64,000 nt of DNA from Myxococcales bacterium (GTDB taxonomy: Bacteria > Myxococcota_A > Polyangia > Palsa-1104), in the NCBI GenBank assembly GCA_028287105.1, contig JAQBQH010000289.1, forward strand, positions 4,544 through 68,543. Reading direction: 5' to 3'. Under the pieces are notes generated by a model. The model made no database searches, was not told where the DNA came from, and worked only from the letters and a program-made list of their open reading frames with translations. Positions 51,919 through 62,502 of the stretch are shown here, piece by piece; within the stretch, counting starts at the first letter, position 1, and each line of letters opens with the position of its first letter. The position numbers and the translations under genes were made by a program.

Positions 51919-53130
51919 ATGGACCTCGGCGGTCGTCGGGTCGTCGTCGGCGTGGCCGGCGGCATCGCCGCCTACAAAGCGGCGGAGCTGGTGCGCGCGC
52001 TCGTCAAGGCGGGCGCCGAGGTGCGCGTGGTCATGACCGAAGCCGCGCAGAAGTTCGTGACGCCGCTGACGATGCAGGCGCTGTCGCAGCATCCGGTCGC
52101 GACGGACACGTTCGACCTGACGCAGGAAGCGACCATCGGGCACATCCAGCTCGCCGATCGCGCCGAGCTCCTGGTGATCGCGCCCGCGACGGCCGACGTG
52201 ATCGCGCGGCTGGCGCATGGCCTCGCCAATGATCTCTTGACGACGGTGGCGCTGGCCTGTCGCGCGCCGCTGCTGCTGGCGCCGGCGATGAACGTCAACA
52301 TGTGGCGCCATCCGGCGACGCGGGCGAACTTGAAGACGCTGGTGGAGCGCGGCGTGCACACCGTCGGTCCCGACGCGGGCGAGCTGGCGTGCGGCTGGAT
52401 CGGCGAGGGGCGCCTCATCGAGGCGGCGCAGATCGCCGAGGCGTGCGGAGCGCTGCTCGGGCCGCGCGATTGGGCGGGGCGCCGCGTGGTCGTGACGGCG
52501 GGGCCGACGTTCGAGCCGATCGATCCGGTGCGCTTCATCGGCAATCGCTCGACGGGCAAGATGGGCTTCGCGATCGCCGCGCGCGCGGCGCGGCGCGGCG
52601 CCGAGGTCACGCTCGTCGCGGGGCCCACGTCGCTGCCGACGCCGCCCGGCGTGCGGCGGGTCGACGTCGAGACGGCGCGGCAGATGCGTGAAGCGACGCT
52701 CGCCGCCGTCGAGGGCGCGGCCATGGTGGTGATGACCGCCGCGGTGGCCGACTATCGCCCGTCGGTGGAGGCGCCGGAGAAATTGAAGAAGGCGGACCTC
52801 GGCGACACGCCGGCGGTGGCGCTGATGAAGAACCCGGACATCCTGGCCGAGCTGAAGGGCAGGGCGCCGGTGGTGATCGGGTTCGCGGCCGAGACCGAGG
52901 ATGTCGAGCGCCACGCGGCCGAGAAGCTGCGGCAAAAAGGGTGCGACCTCATCGTCGCCAACGACGTCTCGGAGGCGGGCAGCGGCTTCGGCACCGATAC
53001 CAATCGCGTCATGCTGCTCGGGCGCGATGGCAGCGTCGAGCGGCTGCCGCTCTTGAACAAGGACGAGGTGGCGGAGCGCATTCTCGATCGCGCGCGCGCG
53101 CTGCTCGGTCCGGCGGAGGCCGTGGCGTGA
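51919..53130 (+). CDS. coaBC: Phosphopantothenoylcysteine decarboxylase/ligase
   Basis: [54 protein letters not shown]. Confidence 0.97.
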   Translation: MDLGGRRVVVGVAGGIAAYKAAELVRALVKAGAEVRVVMTEAAQKFVTPLTMQALSQHPVATDTFDLTQEATIGHIQLADRAELLVIAPATADVIARLAHGLANDLLTTVALACRAPLLLAPAMNVNMWRHPATRANLKTLVERGVHTVGPDAGELACGWIGEGRLIEAAQIAEACGALLGPRDWAGRRVVVTAGPTFEPIDPVRFIGNRSTGKMGFAIAARAARRGAEVTLVAGPTSLPTPPGVRRVDVETARQMREATLAAVEGAAMVVMTAAVADYRPSVEAPEKLKKADLGDTPAVALMKNPDILAELKGRAPVVIGFAAETEDVERHAAEKLRQKGCDLIVANDVSEAGSGFGTDTNRVMLLGRDGSVERLPLLNKDEVAERILDRARALLGPAEAVA

Positions 53131-53912
53131 GCGCACGCGAGGAGCTACTGGCGCTGACGCGGCAGCTGAAGGAGCACGTCGCGTGGCTGGAGCGCGGCGG
53201 CGTCGTCGGGCTGCCGAAGGGGCAGCAGACCGCGGGGACGCAACCCAACCGGGCGGCGCAACCGAACCGGCTGGCGCAACCGAACCGGCTGGCGCAACCC
53301 ACTGCCGCGGTGCCCGAGAGCGCGGGCGGCCTGACCGGCGCTGCGGGCCTCGAGCAGATTCGCGAAGCGCTGGGCGACTGTCAGCGCTGCAAGCTCAGGG
53401 ACAAGCGCACCAACATCGTCTACGGCGTCGGCAACCCCGACGCCCCGCTGGTGTTCGTCGGCGAAGCGCCCGGTGCCGACGAAGATCGCACCGGCGAGCC
53501 GTTCGTCGGCGCCGCCGGCCAGCTGTTGACCAAGATGATCGAGGCGATGGGCCTCGGTCGCGAAGACGTCTACATCTGCAACATCCTGAAGTGCCGCCCG
53601 CCGGGGAATCGCAACCCCGAGCCCGACGAGATCGCCGAGTGCGAGCCGTTCTTGAAGCGGCAGCTGGCGGCGATCCGCCCGCGCATGATCGTCGCGCTCG
53701 GCAAGTTCGCGGCGCAGTGCCTGCTGCGCTCCGACGCACCCATCTCGCGGCTGCGCGGCAGCTGGTACGAGTACGAAGGCGTACCGCTGATGCCCACCTA
53801 TCACCCGGCGTTCCTTTTGCGCACACCGTCGGCGAAGCGCGAAGTCTGGGCGGATCTGCAGCAGGTCATGGCAGAGCTCGACCGCCTCGGCATCGCCCGC
53901 CCGAAGAAGTAA
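53127..53912 (+). CDS. Uracil-DNA glycosylase family 4 (Fe-S)
   Basis: [30 protein letters not shown]. Confidence 0.94.
   Translation: MSAREELLALTRQLKEHVAWLERGGVVGLPKGQQTAGTQPNRAAQPNRLAQPNRLAQPTAAVPESAGGLTGAAGLEQIREALGDCQRCKLRDKRTNIVYGVGNPDAPLVFVGEAPGADEDRTGEPFVGAAGQLLTKMIEAMGLGREDVYICNILKCRPPGNRNPEPDEIAECEPFLKRQLAAIRPRMIVALGKFAAQCLLRSDAPISRLRGSWYEYEGVPLMPTYHPAFLLRTPSAKREVWADLQQVMAELDRLGIARPKK
53241..53300 (+). repeat. 18-bp tandem repeat (~3.3 copies) in the UDG linker
   Basis: caaccgaaccggctggcg units encoding QPNR(A/L)A. Confidence 0.85.
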
Positions 53913-53916
53913 TCCG

Positions 53917-54432
53917 CTACGCGAACTTCACCTTCTCGAGCAGCTTTAGCGTGAAGCGCTCGTCCCAGGCGCCGTCGGCCAACATGCGGCAGCAGACGCC
54001 GCAGGCGATGGCGTGCCGCTCCTGCGGCCGCTTGCGAAACACCATGCGCCCGCACGACGGGCACTCGTAGACGTAGCGATGGCGCGGCGCGCGATTCTTG
54101 GGATACGGATTGGCGTGGAAGACGCGGATGCCGAGCTGCTCGGCGGCCTTCTTGAAGAGCACGTTGTGCCCCGACGGTTTTCCGAGCGTGTGCAGATAGA
54201 GATGGAGCATCTCGTGCTCCAGCGTCGCGACCGCGTCGGCGTACCCGTACTGGCGATAGTGAAACTCCGAGATCTCGATGAGCTTCCAGCTATAGGTGAT
54301 GCGTCCGGTGAGGCGGCGCAACAGCGGGTTGAACTGGATGGTGTAGTCGCGCGGAAGCAGCGAATCGAACTTCTCCTGGTTCATTTGGCGATAGTGTTCG
54401 TACAAGCGCGCCAGGTCGTTCGCTTCGTCCAT
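53917..54432 (-). CDS. SprT-like zinc metalloprotease domain protein
   Basis: TLEHEMLH, GH...FK, YECPSCG, CGVC. Confidence 0.88.
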   Translation of the reverse strand: MDEANDLARLYEHYRQMNQEKFDSLLPRDYTIQFNPLLRRLTGRITYSWKLIEISEFHYRQYGYADAVATLEHEMLHLYLHTLGKPSGHNVLFKKAAEQLGIRVFHANPYPKNRAPRHRYVYECPSCGRMVFRKRPQERHAIACGVCCRMLADGAWDERFTLKLLEKVKFA

Positions 54433-54589
54433 GGCCGGAAAGGGTGACCGAGCTCCGCGCGCGCGCAATGTACGCAGTTTCGCAATCGATCGCTCGGGCG
54501 GCGATTCGGTTGCGATGCGGTCGGCTGCCCGGCGAGCAGGCGGACGCTCGCGGGTTGAGTTCCCCGACGGGTGCGGCTAGATTGCAGGC

Positions 54590-56143
54590 GTGCATCCGCT
54601 CCCGATCGAAACCGCCGTGGTCGACGAATGTCGCGCGCTGGCCGCCGACATCTCCGGCGGCGTGCAACGCTTCATCGACGCCCACACCACCGTCTCCATC
54701 GAGCGCACCGTCTTGCGCGCCTACGGTGTCGACGGCGCAGACGCCGACGGCGTGCCGCTGGTCAACACCTGCGTCGACCGCTACCTCGCCGCCGGCGGCC
54801 TCGGCCACGGCATCGCCTGGTGGCTCGGCCGTGCGCTCGCCCGCGGCGCAGCCAATCCGCAAGAGGCGGCCGAGGTGCTCGCCTACGGCAGCGAGGTCGA
54901 CGACGGAAGCGTCGGCGCCACGCGCGAGGAGCTCCTGGCGGCGCTGGCGCCCTACACCGACGCGGCGCTGGAGCGGCTCGATCGGGCGCGCGACAAACGT
55001 CTCGCCGATCGCACGCGCCTCGGCACCGGGCCGACGCCGTGGAAGTACGTCATCGTCGCCACCGGCAACATCTACGACGACGCCGATCAGGCGCGCGCCG
55101 CCGCGCAGGCGGGCGCCGACATCATCGCCGTCATCCGCTCGACGGCGCAGTCGCTCATCGACTACGTGCCGTACGGCGCCACCACCGAAGGCTTCGGCGG
55201 CACCTGGGCGACGCAAGAGAACTTCAAGATCGTGCGCCAGGCGCTCGACGACGAGCAGGAGAGGCTCGGCCGCTACCTCATGCAGGTCAACTACTCGTCG
55301 GGCCTGTGCATGCCGGAGATCGCGTATCTCGGCGCCGTCGAGCGGCTCGACATGCTGCTCAACGACGCCATGTACGGCATCCTCTTTCGCGACATCAACC
55401 CGCGCCGCACCTTGTGCGATCAGTACTTCTCGCGGCGGGTGATCGCGCGCGCCGGCATCATCATCAACCCCGGCGAGGACAACTACCTGACCACAGCGGA
55501 CGCCGTCGACAGCGCCCACACCGTCATCGCGTCGCAGTTCATCAACGAGGCCTTCGCCAAACGCGCCGGGCTGCCCGACGAGCAGATGGGCCTCGGCCAC
55601 GCGTTCGAGATCGACAAGTCGATCGAGGATTCGTTGCTCATGGAGATCGCGCAGGCGCAGCTGGTGCGGCAGATCTTTCCGCGCCATCCGATCAAGTGGA
55701 TGCCGGCCACCAAGCACAAGTCGGGCGACATCTTCTGGTCGCATCGCGTCGACGGTCTCTACGATCTCGTCGGGGTCGCGACCGAGCAGTCGATCGAGCT
55801 GCTCGGCATGATGACCGAGTCGATCCACACGCCGCTCCTGCAAGATCGCTTCGCCGCCATCAAGGGCGCCGACTACGTCTTCAACGCCGCACGCCATCTG
55901 AGCGACGAGATCATCTGGAACCCAGAGGGCCGCGTCGTCGCCCGCGCGCGCCAGGTGCTCGACGAGGCGCGCGTGCTTCTGCGCGAGGTGCAGAAGGAGG
56001 GGATGTTCTCCGCCATCGCGCGCGGCGCCTTCGCCGACGTCAAACGCCCGGAGAACGGTGGGCGCGGCCTCGGCGGCGTCGTCGAAAAGTCGACCGCGTA
56101 CGTCAACCCGATCCTGCAGGCGCTGGAGGCGGACCATGTCTGA
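54590..56143 (+). CDS. kamD: Lysine 5,6-aminomutase alpha subunit
   Basis: TTVSIERT, YVIVATGNIYDD, IAVIRSTAQSL.DYVPYG.T.EGFGGT, NYSSGLCMPEIA, GEDNYLTTADA. Confidence 0.93.
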   Translation: MHPLPIETAVVDECRALAADISGGVQRFIDAHTTVSIERTVLRAYGVDGADADGVPLVNTCVDRYLAAGGLGHGIAWWLGRALARGAANPQEAAEVLAYGSEVDDGSVGATREELLAALAPYTDAALERLDRARDKRLADRTRLGTGPTPWKYVIVATGNIYDDADQARAAAQAGADIIAVIRSTAQSLIDYVPYGATTEGFGGTWATQENFKIVRQALDDEQERLGRYLMQVNYSSGLCMPEIAYLGAVERLDMLLNDAMYGILFRDINPRRTLCDQYFSRRVIARAGIIINPGEDNYLTTADAVDSAHTVIASQFINEAFAKRAGLPDEQMGLGHAFEIDKSIEDSLLMEIAQAQLVRQIFPRHPIKWMPATKHKSGDIFWSHRVDGLYDLVGVATEQSIELLGMMTESIHTPLLQDRFAAIKGADYVFNAARHLSDEIIWNPEGRVVARARQVLDEARVLLREVQKEGMFSAIARGAFADVKRPENGGRGLGGVVEKSTAYVNPILQALEADHV

Positions 56144-56906
56144 CGTACCTCCACACAAGCGTCCGCCCGAGCTCATCCGCGCGTACGGAGATCGCAAGGA
56201 CGACGGGCGCATTCAGCTCAGCTTCACGCTGCCGGTGGCGACGTCGGGACGGGCCAAGGAGGCGGCGCGCCGCTTCGCCGAGACGCTCGGGCTCAAGAAC
56301 ATCCTCGTCGCCACGATGGAGAAGGCGGGCACCAACTTCAGCTTCTTCGTCGTCTACGCCAACGCCGACGTGCAGCTCGACTACTCCGCGATCGTGGTCC
56401 CCGAAGTGACGGTGCCGGAGTGGGGCTTCAAGGAGATCAACCATCTCGTCCACGAGCAGATCGGACGTAAGGTCGTCGTCGTCGGCGCCTGCACCGGCTC
56501 GGACGCGCACACCGTCGGCATCGACGCCATCTTGAACATGAAGGGCTACGCCGGCGACAAGGGGCTCGAGGCCTATCCGTGGTTCGACGCCTACAACCTC
56601 GGCGCGCAGGTCGACAACGTCGCGCTCCTGGCGCGCGCCAGGGAGCTGAACGCGGACGCGGTGCTCGTCTCGCAGATCATGACGCAGCGCGATCTGCACA
56701 TCGAGAACTCGCAGCAGCTCATCGAGCTGGCGCGCAAGAGCGGGCAGCGCGATCTGCTGTTCCTGCTCGGCGGGCCGCGCATCGATCACAAGCTCGCGCG
56801 CGAGCTGGGCTACGACGCGGGCTTCGGCCCCGGCACCAAGCCGTCGCAGGTGGCGAGCTACATCGTCGACGTCCTCATCAAGCGCCGGCCACAGGCGGAG
56901 CGATGA
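56136..56906 (+). CDS. kamE: Lysine 5,6-aminomutase beta subunit (B12- and PLP-binding)
   Basis: YGD..DDG..QLSFTLP, DAHTVG (DxHxxG), NMKGYAG, GYDAGFGPG. Confidence 0.93.
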   Translation: MSDVPPHKRPPELIRAYGDRKDDGRIQLSFTLPVATSGRAKEAARRFAETLGLKNILVATMEKAGTNFSFFVVYANADVQLDYSAIVVPEVTVPEWGFKEINHLVHEQIGRKVVVVGACTGSDAHTVGIDAILNMKGYAGDKGLEAYPWFDAYNLGAQVDNVALLARARELNADAVLVSQIMTQRDLHIENSQQLIELARKSGQRDLLFLLGGPRIDHKLARELGYDAGFGPGTKPSQVASYIVDVLIKRRPQAER

Positions 56907-56998
56907 GCCCGACCATCTTCGGCATCATGGTTCTCTTGAGCTTCGTCCTTCCGGTGCCGCTGCTGGCGTGGCTCGACCGGGCTAAAAAGAGCCGCTGA
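56903..56998 (+). CDS. 31-aa single-pass membrane peptide
   Basis: MSPTIFGIMVLLSFVLPVPLLAWLDRAKKSR; ATGA and TGATG overlaps at its ends. Confidence 0.5.
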   Translation: MSPTIFGIMVLLSFVLPVPLLAWLDRAKKSR

Positions 56999-57552
56999 TG
57001 TACGCCGGCCACTTCGCCGCCGGCCTCGCGATGAAGGCCCGAGAGCCGCGCGCCCCGACGTGGGGGCTACTCCTCGGCGTCGGCGTGCTCGATCTCCTGT
57101 TCGGCCTCTTCGTTTCGCTCGGGGTCGAGCGCACGACCATGACGCCGGGCGTGGCGCCGGGCTTCCGCCTCGACTTCATCGACTGGTCCCACTCGTTGGC
57201 CATGTCGCTCGTCTGGAGCCTGCTGTTCGCCGCTCTCCTTTTCCGTCGCGGCCTCGTCGCTGCGGCATGGTGCGGCGTCGCCGTGTTCTCGCACTTCGTT
57301 CTCGACTTCCTCATGCACCCCGGCGATCTGGCGCTGTGGCCGCATGCCGAGGCCCACGTCGGGCTGGGGCTATGGACGCGCTGGCCACGCGGCTGGTGGT
57401 TCTTCGAGCTGGCCTTCATCGCCGTGTGCGCCGCGTATTACCTCGCGCGGGCGCGCCGGCTGCGCAGCTTCGGCGGGCGCGGCGGCTGGGTCGTGGCTGT
57501 CGTGCTCGTCCTCCATGTCGTCAACTCGCCGTGGCTGGCGCCGGCGCGGTAG
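56998..57552 (+). CDS. Membrane-bound metal-dependent hydrolase-like protein
   Basis: MYAGH, LDLL, WSHSL, SHFVLD..MH..DL. Confidence 0.8.
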   Translation: MYAGHFAAGLAMKAREPRAPTWGLLLGVGVLDLLFGLFVSLGVERTTMTPGVAPGFRLDFIDWSHSLAMSLVWSLLFAALLFRRGLVAAAWCGVAVFSHFVLDFLMHPGDLALWPHAEAHVGLGLWTRWPRGWWFFELAFIAVCAAYYLARARRLRSFGGRGGWVVAVVLVLHVVNSPWLAPAR

Positions 57553-57570
57553 ACGACGTACATAGAGGGT

Positions 57571-58443
57571 ATGGCGCGGCTCCACGCGGCGCTGCCGGTC
57601 AACGCGCCGGGCGCCTTCTTCGTCGACGACAGCTGTATCGACTGCGACGCCTGCCGTCAGCTCGCGCCGGCGACGTTCGCGCGTTCGAGCCGCCATGCGC
57701 AGTCGTACGTGGCGGCGCAGCCGGAAGGTGAGACCGCCACCGAGCGCGCGCTCATGGCGCTCGTCGCCTGTCCGACGGCGAGCATCGGAACTGCGCCGAA
57801 GCGCGATGCGCGTATGGCGTCGACGGCGTTTCCGGTGCGGATCGAGGATGACGTCTGGTACTGCGGCTGGCACGCGGCGGCGTCGTACGGGGCGTTCTCG
57901 TATCTCATCGTGCGGCCGGGCGGCAACGTGCTCGTCGACTCGCCGCGTGCTGCCAAGCCGCTCATGCGGAGACTCGAGGAGCTCGGCGGCGTGCGCTGGA
58001 TGTTCCTCACGCACAAGGACGACGTCGCCGACCACGAAGTCTTCGCGCGTCGCTTCGGCTGCACGCGCATCATGCACGCCGCCGATGCGGGGCGGCTTGG
58101 GGTCGAGCGGCGCATCGACGGGAGCGCGCCGGTGAGGCTGGATGCGGACTTGATGGTGATCCCGGTGCCGGGGCATACGCGCGGCAGCATGGCGCTCTTG
58201 TATCGGGACAAGTTCCTGTTCACCGGGGATCACCTGTGGTGGGACGAGGACTACGGGCGGTTGGACGCGGGGCGGGAGGTCTGTTGGTACTCGTTCGAGG
58301 AGCAGGTGCGATCGGTGGAGAGGTTGCGCGCGTACGAGTTCGAGTGGGTGCTGCCGGGGCATGGCCGGTCGTGGCGGGCGGCGTCGGCGGGGGGGATGCG
58401 GGGGGAGATCGAGCGGGCGTTGACCGGGCTGGCGGAGGGCTGA
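57571..58443 (+). CDS. Ferredoxin-fused metallo-beta-lactamase-fold protein
   Basis: CIDCDAC...ACP; THKDDVADH, PGHTRGS, FTGDH, LPGHG. Confidence 0.88.
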   Translation: MARLHAALPVNAPGAFFVDDSCIDCDACRQLAPATFARSSRHAQSYVAAQPEGETATERALMALVACPTASIGTAPKRDARMASTAFPVRIEDDVWYCGWHAAASYGAFSYLIVRPGGNVLVDSPRAAKPLMRRLEELGGVRWMFLTHKDDVADHEVFARRFGCTRIMHAADAGRLGVERRIDGSAPVRLDADLMVIPVPGHTRGSMALLYRDKFLFTGDHLWWDEDYGRLDAGREVCWYSFEEQVRSVERLRAYEFEWVLPGHGRSWRAASAGGMRGEIERALTGLAEG

Positions 58444-58519
58444 GGACCCGGGGGCGGGGGCCTTGCGGCGGACAATCTGTGCTCGAGGGCGTTCGACGAG
58501 GCAGAGGGCGATGACGCGG

Positions 58520-58821
58520 GCGGGCCTTGCGGACCGCCTGTGCTTGATCGAGACTGGAGCCCGTCATCTGCTGCCACCCGACGCGCAAACACCGCCGTCG
58601 ACGACTCGACCGCCGCCTGTGCCGACGTCGCTACCGCGTCGAGTGCCTGTTCCACGACCTGAAGCGCTTCCGCGCCGTCGCCAGCACCTGGCTGTGGCTC
58701 AGCTAATGTGCTCGCCGCGACGAGGCGCCTGAGCTCGGCAAACAGGCCCCACTGCGTGCCGCCGACGGTGGCACAACCACATGCCGCCGGCAGACCGCGA
58801 ACAGATTAGGGACGGCCCTAG
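58520..58821 (+). mobile_element. Degraded IS5-family transposase remnant with probable right end
   Basis: 58554-58706 translates as LEPVICCHPTRK...RRRYRVECLFHDLKRFRAVAS.WLWLS*, matching an IS5 C-terminus with an internal deletion. Terminal ttagggacggccCTAG. Confidence 0.65.
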
Positions 58822-59219
58822 TCGTCCCAGCCGAGGACCTTGATGCCGGCCACGGCGATGACCGCGCGTTCGATGGTGCGGGCGGCCGTGGGGCTGGCGC
58901 CTTCGAGGACGAGGAGCCAGATGCGGCCGACGCCGTTGGAGCCGTGGGCGCCGAGGCGGAGGAGGAGGGGCTTGCCGGCGAGGGTGGCGGCGGCGGTGTA
59001 GCCCCAATCCTCGGGTTCGATGTCGGAGACTTCGATGCCCTGGACGCGGAGCGCGGCGACGATCGCGGAGAGGAGGGGGCGGCCGGCGGCGGCGTCGGCG
59101 GCATCGTCGGGCGGACCGCCGGCGAGCTTCAGCGCGGGAGTCGGCGGCGCGGTGGTGCGGGTCGCCAGGAGCATGACTACGAGGAGCAGCACGAACGCTC
59201 CGACGAAGAGCCACGACAT
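58818..59219 (-). CDS. Hypothetical protein with N-terminal TM
   Basis: MSWLFVGAFVLLLVVMLL; EDWGY motif; upstream -10-like hexamer. Confidence 0.6.
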   Translation of the reverse strand: MSWLFVGAFVLLLVVMLLATRTTAPPTPALKLAGGPPDDAADAAAGRPLLSAIVAALRVQGIEVSDIEPEDWGYTAAATLAGKPLLLRLGAHGSNGVGRIWLLVLEGASPTAARTIERAVIAVAGIKVLGWDD

Positions 59220-59316
59220 ATAAGCAACCTACCATGTGCCGGCGCATGTCAAAATCCGACGGGAGCCGGTGACTCGAAGTTTGACAGCGGAGCGCGGGGC
59301 GAAAAGACTTGGGCGG

Positions 59317-60231
59317 ATGCATCGCGCTCGTTCGGTCTGCTTCGCCTTGTGCCTCGCCGGGTCGCTGGCGCAGGCACAGGCGCAGTCGCCCGCGCCAGCT
59401 TCCAAGGTCACGCCCTCGATCCCTCCCGCGCCGACGCCGTCGACCACGCCCTCCGGCATCAGCGTCGCGCCCGCGACCGCCAAGCCTGTCGCCAAGGTGC
59501 GCAAGCGCAAGAGGCTGCCGCCGCCACCACCGCCGCCCGCGGCCGAGCTCTTCGCCATGAACACGCGCGAGAGCTTCAAGCTGCGCCCCGACGCCAAGGG
59601 CCGCTTCACCAAGGTCGCCCTGCGCGGCTGGAATCGCTTCCTCCGCTGCCACCACACCGGCCGCGTGCACGCGATGTCGACGCGCCTGGCCGAGCTCATC
59701 TACACCGTCGCCAAGCACTTCGAGTTCAAGAAGATCTACGTCGTCGCCGGCTATCGCGCGCCGAAGGTCGCCAAGGAGAAGGGCAACCCGAAGTCGCCGC
59801 ACAAGAAGGGAGTCGCCTGCGACTTCAAGGTCGACGGCGTCCCCAACACCGAGCTGCGCGACTTCGAGCGCACGCTGACGCGCGTCGGCGTCGGCTACTA
59901 CCCGAACTCCGACTTCGTCCACCTCGACGTCGATCCGTCGCGTGTCAAGCGCTCGGCGTTCTGGATCGACTACTCGCGCCCCGGCGAGCGCGCGCGCTAC
60001 TCCAAGACGCCCGACTCCGACCTGCAGGCAGAGAAGCAGCCGGCGCTGCCGCCGTCGCCGACGCTCGTGGGAGACGACGATGACGACCTCCTGGCGCCGA
60101 TGCCGCCGCTCGCCGGCACGTCGCCCATAAAGAAGGAATCGGGGGGCGGCGAGCCACAGCTTTTCGGAGGCCCGGGGGCGACCGCCCCCAATCCGACCCC
60201 TTCGCTCGCTCCAAATCCCCGTATCCCCTAG
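59317..60231 (+). CDS. YcbK/DUF882 peptidase M15A-family secreted protein
   Basis: Signal peptide, Pro-rich linker, FLRCHHTG, AGYR, SPH..G.ACDF, GVGYYPNSDFVHLD. Confidence 0.88.
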   Translation: MHRARSVCFALCLAGSLAQAQAQSPAPASKVTPSIPPAPTPSTTPSGISVAPATAKPVAKVRKRKRLPPPPPPPAAELFAMNTRESFKLRPDAKGRFTKVALRGWNRFLRCHHTGRVHAMSTRLAELIYTVAKHFEFKKIYVVAGYRAPKVAKEKGNPKSPHKKGVACDFKVDGVPNTELRDFERTLTRVGVGYYPNSDFVHLDVDPSRVKRSAFWIDYSRPGERARYSKTPDSDLQAEKQPALPPSPTLVGDDDDDLLAPMPPLAGTSPIKKESGGGEPQLFGGPGATAPNPTPSLAPNPRIP

Positions 60232-60285
60232 CGTTGGAAACGGCCCACCGCTTGCTGTACGGGCTGGCCGTGGAGGGTCGAAACA

Positions 60286-62502
60286 ATGCGTAAGCCACTC
60301 ATCACGTTGGCGTTGGCCGCGGCGCTGCCGATTGCAGGCTGCGACAATGGTCAGACGAACGTGCTCGGAGGCGTCCCCGCGATCGCCTATATCTCGCGCA
60401 CGCCAGCCGACACCGGCAACGTGTTCGACTACACCGGCGGCGGTACGGACGGCAACCTCTTCACCCTGACGCCGCCTACCGCGTCGGGCGTGAAGAAGAA
60501 CCTGACGAACTGGGCCGGCGGCGACGTCAACGCGCTGGACCTTTCGTTCGACGCGCGAGAGCTGGTCTTCTCGGGCAAGGCGCCCGGCGAGGAGCGCTAT
60601 CACATCTTCCGCATCAACGTCGACGGGACCAACCCGTGCGACGCCGCGCAGGGCAAGGTGACCGTCGGTCCCTGCCAGGTCACGATGGGCCCGAACGACG
60701 AGGTCTATCCCATCTACCTGCCGGCCGGCCGCATCTTCTACGTCACCAACCGCAACGTCGAGGGCGGCGCCGTCCCGCAGTTCATGGACGAGTACGAGCG
60801 CGCCACCACCGCGCAGGCCGCGACCATGAAGCTCGACGGCTCGGATCAGATCCTCGGACCCCGCAACGTCTCGCACCGCGTGGCGCCGACGCTGCTCTCC
60901 GACGGCCGCATCCTCATGACCGAGTGGCGCCACCTCGGCGACGTCAACGAAGGCGACCTCACCATCATGCAGCAGGATCTCACCGGCGTGCGTGAAGGCT
61001 TCGGCCGCGAGTCCAAGGGCGTGGCCAACAGCTACCTCCGCGCTCGCGAATACGCGCCCGGTCAGCTCGTCGTCATCGGCACCTCGCGCGACCGCACCTA
61101 CCAGGCGGGCAAGATCCTGCGCGTCAACCTCGGCGGCAGCGACATCACGCAGCAGTCCGAAGCGCGCTCGTCGGCGGAGGACCTCACGCCGCTCGTGCCC
61201 GCCGACCGCACGCCGTCGTTCAAGGACGTCGGTCGCTACTACGACGTCGCTCCCGTGCCGGGCAACAGCGATCGCTTCCTCACCACGTGGGCCGACGGCG
61301 CCGTCGAGACCGAAGTGCTCTCGATGGCCAAGTCGCACCCCGACTTCGGCATCTACGTCTTCGACGCCAAGTCGAACACCCGCTATCCGATCGTCAACCA
61401 GCCCGACAGCTGGGAGCAGTCGCCGCTCGCGATCGTCCCGCGCAACGAGCCGCCGACGCTGACGCCGCTCTTCGCCGCCACCGGCACGACCGGCACGCTC
61501 ATCGGCGCCATCAACGTCTACGACTCGACGATGTTCAACGTCACGCCGGGCAGCGCCATCAAGGTCCGCGTCTCCGAAGGCTTCTCGTCGGAGGAAGGCT
61601 TCCCCGGCGACTTCGGCCTCACCGAGTTCGACGGCCAGGCGCGCCTCGGCGAGGTGCCGATCAACGCCGACGGCTCGTTCAAGGCACAGATTCCGGCCAA
61701 CACGCCGGTGCGCCTGCAGCTCATCGACAAGTTCGGCATGGCGCTCGCCACCTCGGGCGCCGGCGGTGACACCGCGGCCGAGCCGGTCTGGATCCAGGGT
61801 CGCTCGGGCGAAGCGCGCGTCTGCGGCGGCTGCCACGAGGATCGCGTCAAGCCGATCGCACTGGCGCCCGGCAGCTCGATCTTGCAGGCCTCCGGCTCGC
61901 CCGACCTCTTCACCAACATCGCGCGCCAGGAGCGTCGCTCCGACGTCTTCACCTACGACAAGATCATGGGCGTCCCGTGGGACAAGGCAGTGCAGCCGAT
62001 CCTGAGCGCGAAATGCGCCGTCTGCCACGACGGCACGGCCGGCGCGGCCAACCCGAGCTACACCATCACCGACGTCACCGACATGACGATGTTCAGCTTC
62101 ACCTTCGACCTGTCGGCCAAGCCGGTCACCATCGACGCCGGCGACCGCATGTACACGTACACGGCTTCGTACATCGCGCTGCTCGGGCCGCAGATGGCCT
62201 TCCGCGAGAAGCAGATCATGATCACGGGCGACCCGAAGATGTACGTGACTCCGGGCGCCGCGCACTCGTCGGTGGTGGTGCAGATGCTCAATCCGCCGCA
62301 GCGCTTCCCCAACGTCGACATGAACGTGCGCGCCTTTCCGAGCAAGCCCGTCCATCCGGCCGAGGTCGGCGTGTACAACGGCCACGACGGCGCCGACGCC
62401 GCCTATCAGCTGACGGCGGACGAGTACTACACGCTCATTCTCTCCTCCGATTCTGGAGGTCAGTACTACGCACGCGAGAACAAGATGGGAGGGCCGTACT
62501 AA
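60286..62502 (+). CDS. Lipoprotein with beta-propeller, hydrazine-synthase-alpha-middle-like domain and two CxxCH heme motifs
   Basis: IAGC lipobox; LSFDARELVFS, P.LLSDGRIL.TEW, LGEVPINADGSF....PANTPVRLQLID..GMA, GEARVCGGCHE, QPILSAKCAVCH. Confidence 0.8.
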   Translation: MRKPLITLALAAALPIAGCDNGQTNVLGGVPAIAYISRTPADTGNVFDYTGGGTDGNLFTLTPPTASGVKKNLTNWAGGDVNALDLSFDARELVFSGKAPGEERYHIFRINVDGTNPCDAAQGKVTVGPCQVTMGPNDEVYPIYLPAGRIFYVTNRNVEGGAVPQFMDEYERATTAQAATMKLDGSDQILGPRNVSHRVAPTLLSDGRILMTEWRHLGDVNEGDLTIMQQDLTGVREGFGRESKGVANSYLRAREYAPGQLVVIGTSRDRTYQAGKILRVNLGGSDITQQSEARSSAEDLTPLVPADRTPSFKDVGRYYDVAPVPGNSDRFLTTWADGAVETEVLSMAKSHPDFGIYVFDAKSNTRYPIVNQPDSWEQSPLAIVPRNEPPTLTPLFAATGTTGTLIGAINVYDSTMFNVTPGSAIKVRVSEGFSSEEGFPGDFGLTEFDGQARLGEVPINADGSFKAQIPANTPVRLQLIDKFGMALATSGAGGDTAAEPVWIQGRSGEARVCGGCHEDRVKPIALAPGSSILQASGSPDLFTNIARQERRSDVFTYDKIMGVPWDKAVQPILSAKCAVCHDGTAGAANPSYTITDVTDMTMFSFTFDLSAKPVTIDAGDRMYTYTASYIALLGPQMAFREKQIMITGDPKMYVTPGAAHSSVVVQMLNPPQRFPNVDMNVRAFPSKPVHPAEVGVYNGHDGADAAYQLTADEYYTLILSSDSGGQYYARENKMGGPY

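Noticed and set aside
57571-58443. Beta-lactam resistance gene
   Set aside because: It is a ferredoxin-fused MBL fold with a non-canonical THKDD motif and no signal peptide, so not a class B beta-lactamase.
60286-62502. Anammox or hydrazine synthesis capability
   Set aside because: No hzsB/hzsC or HAO-like genes are visible. Domain similarity alone does not imply the reaction.
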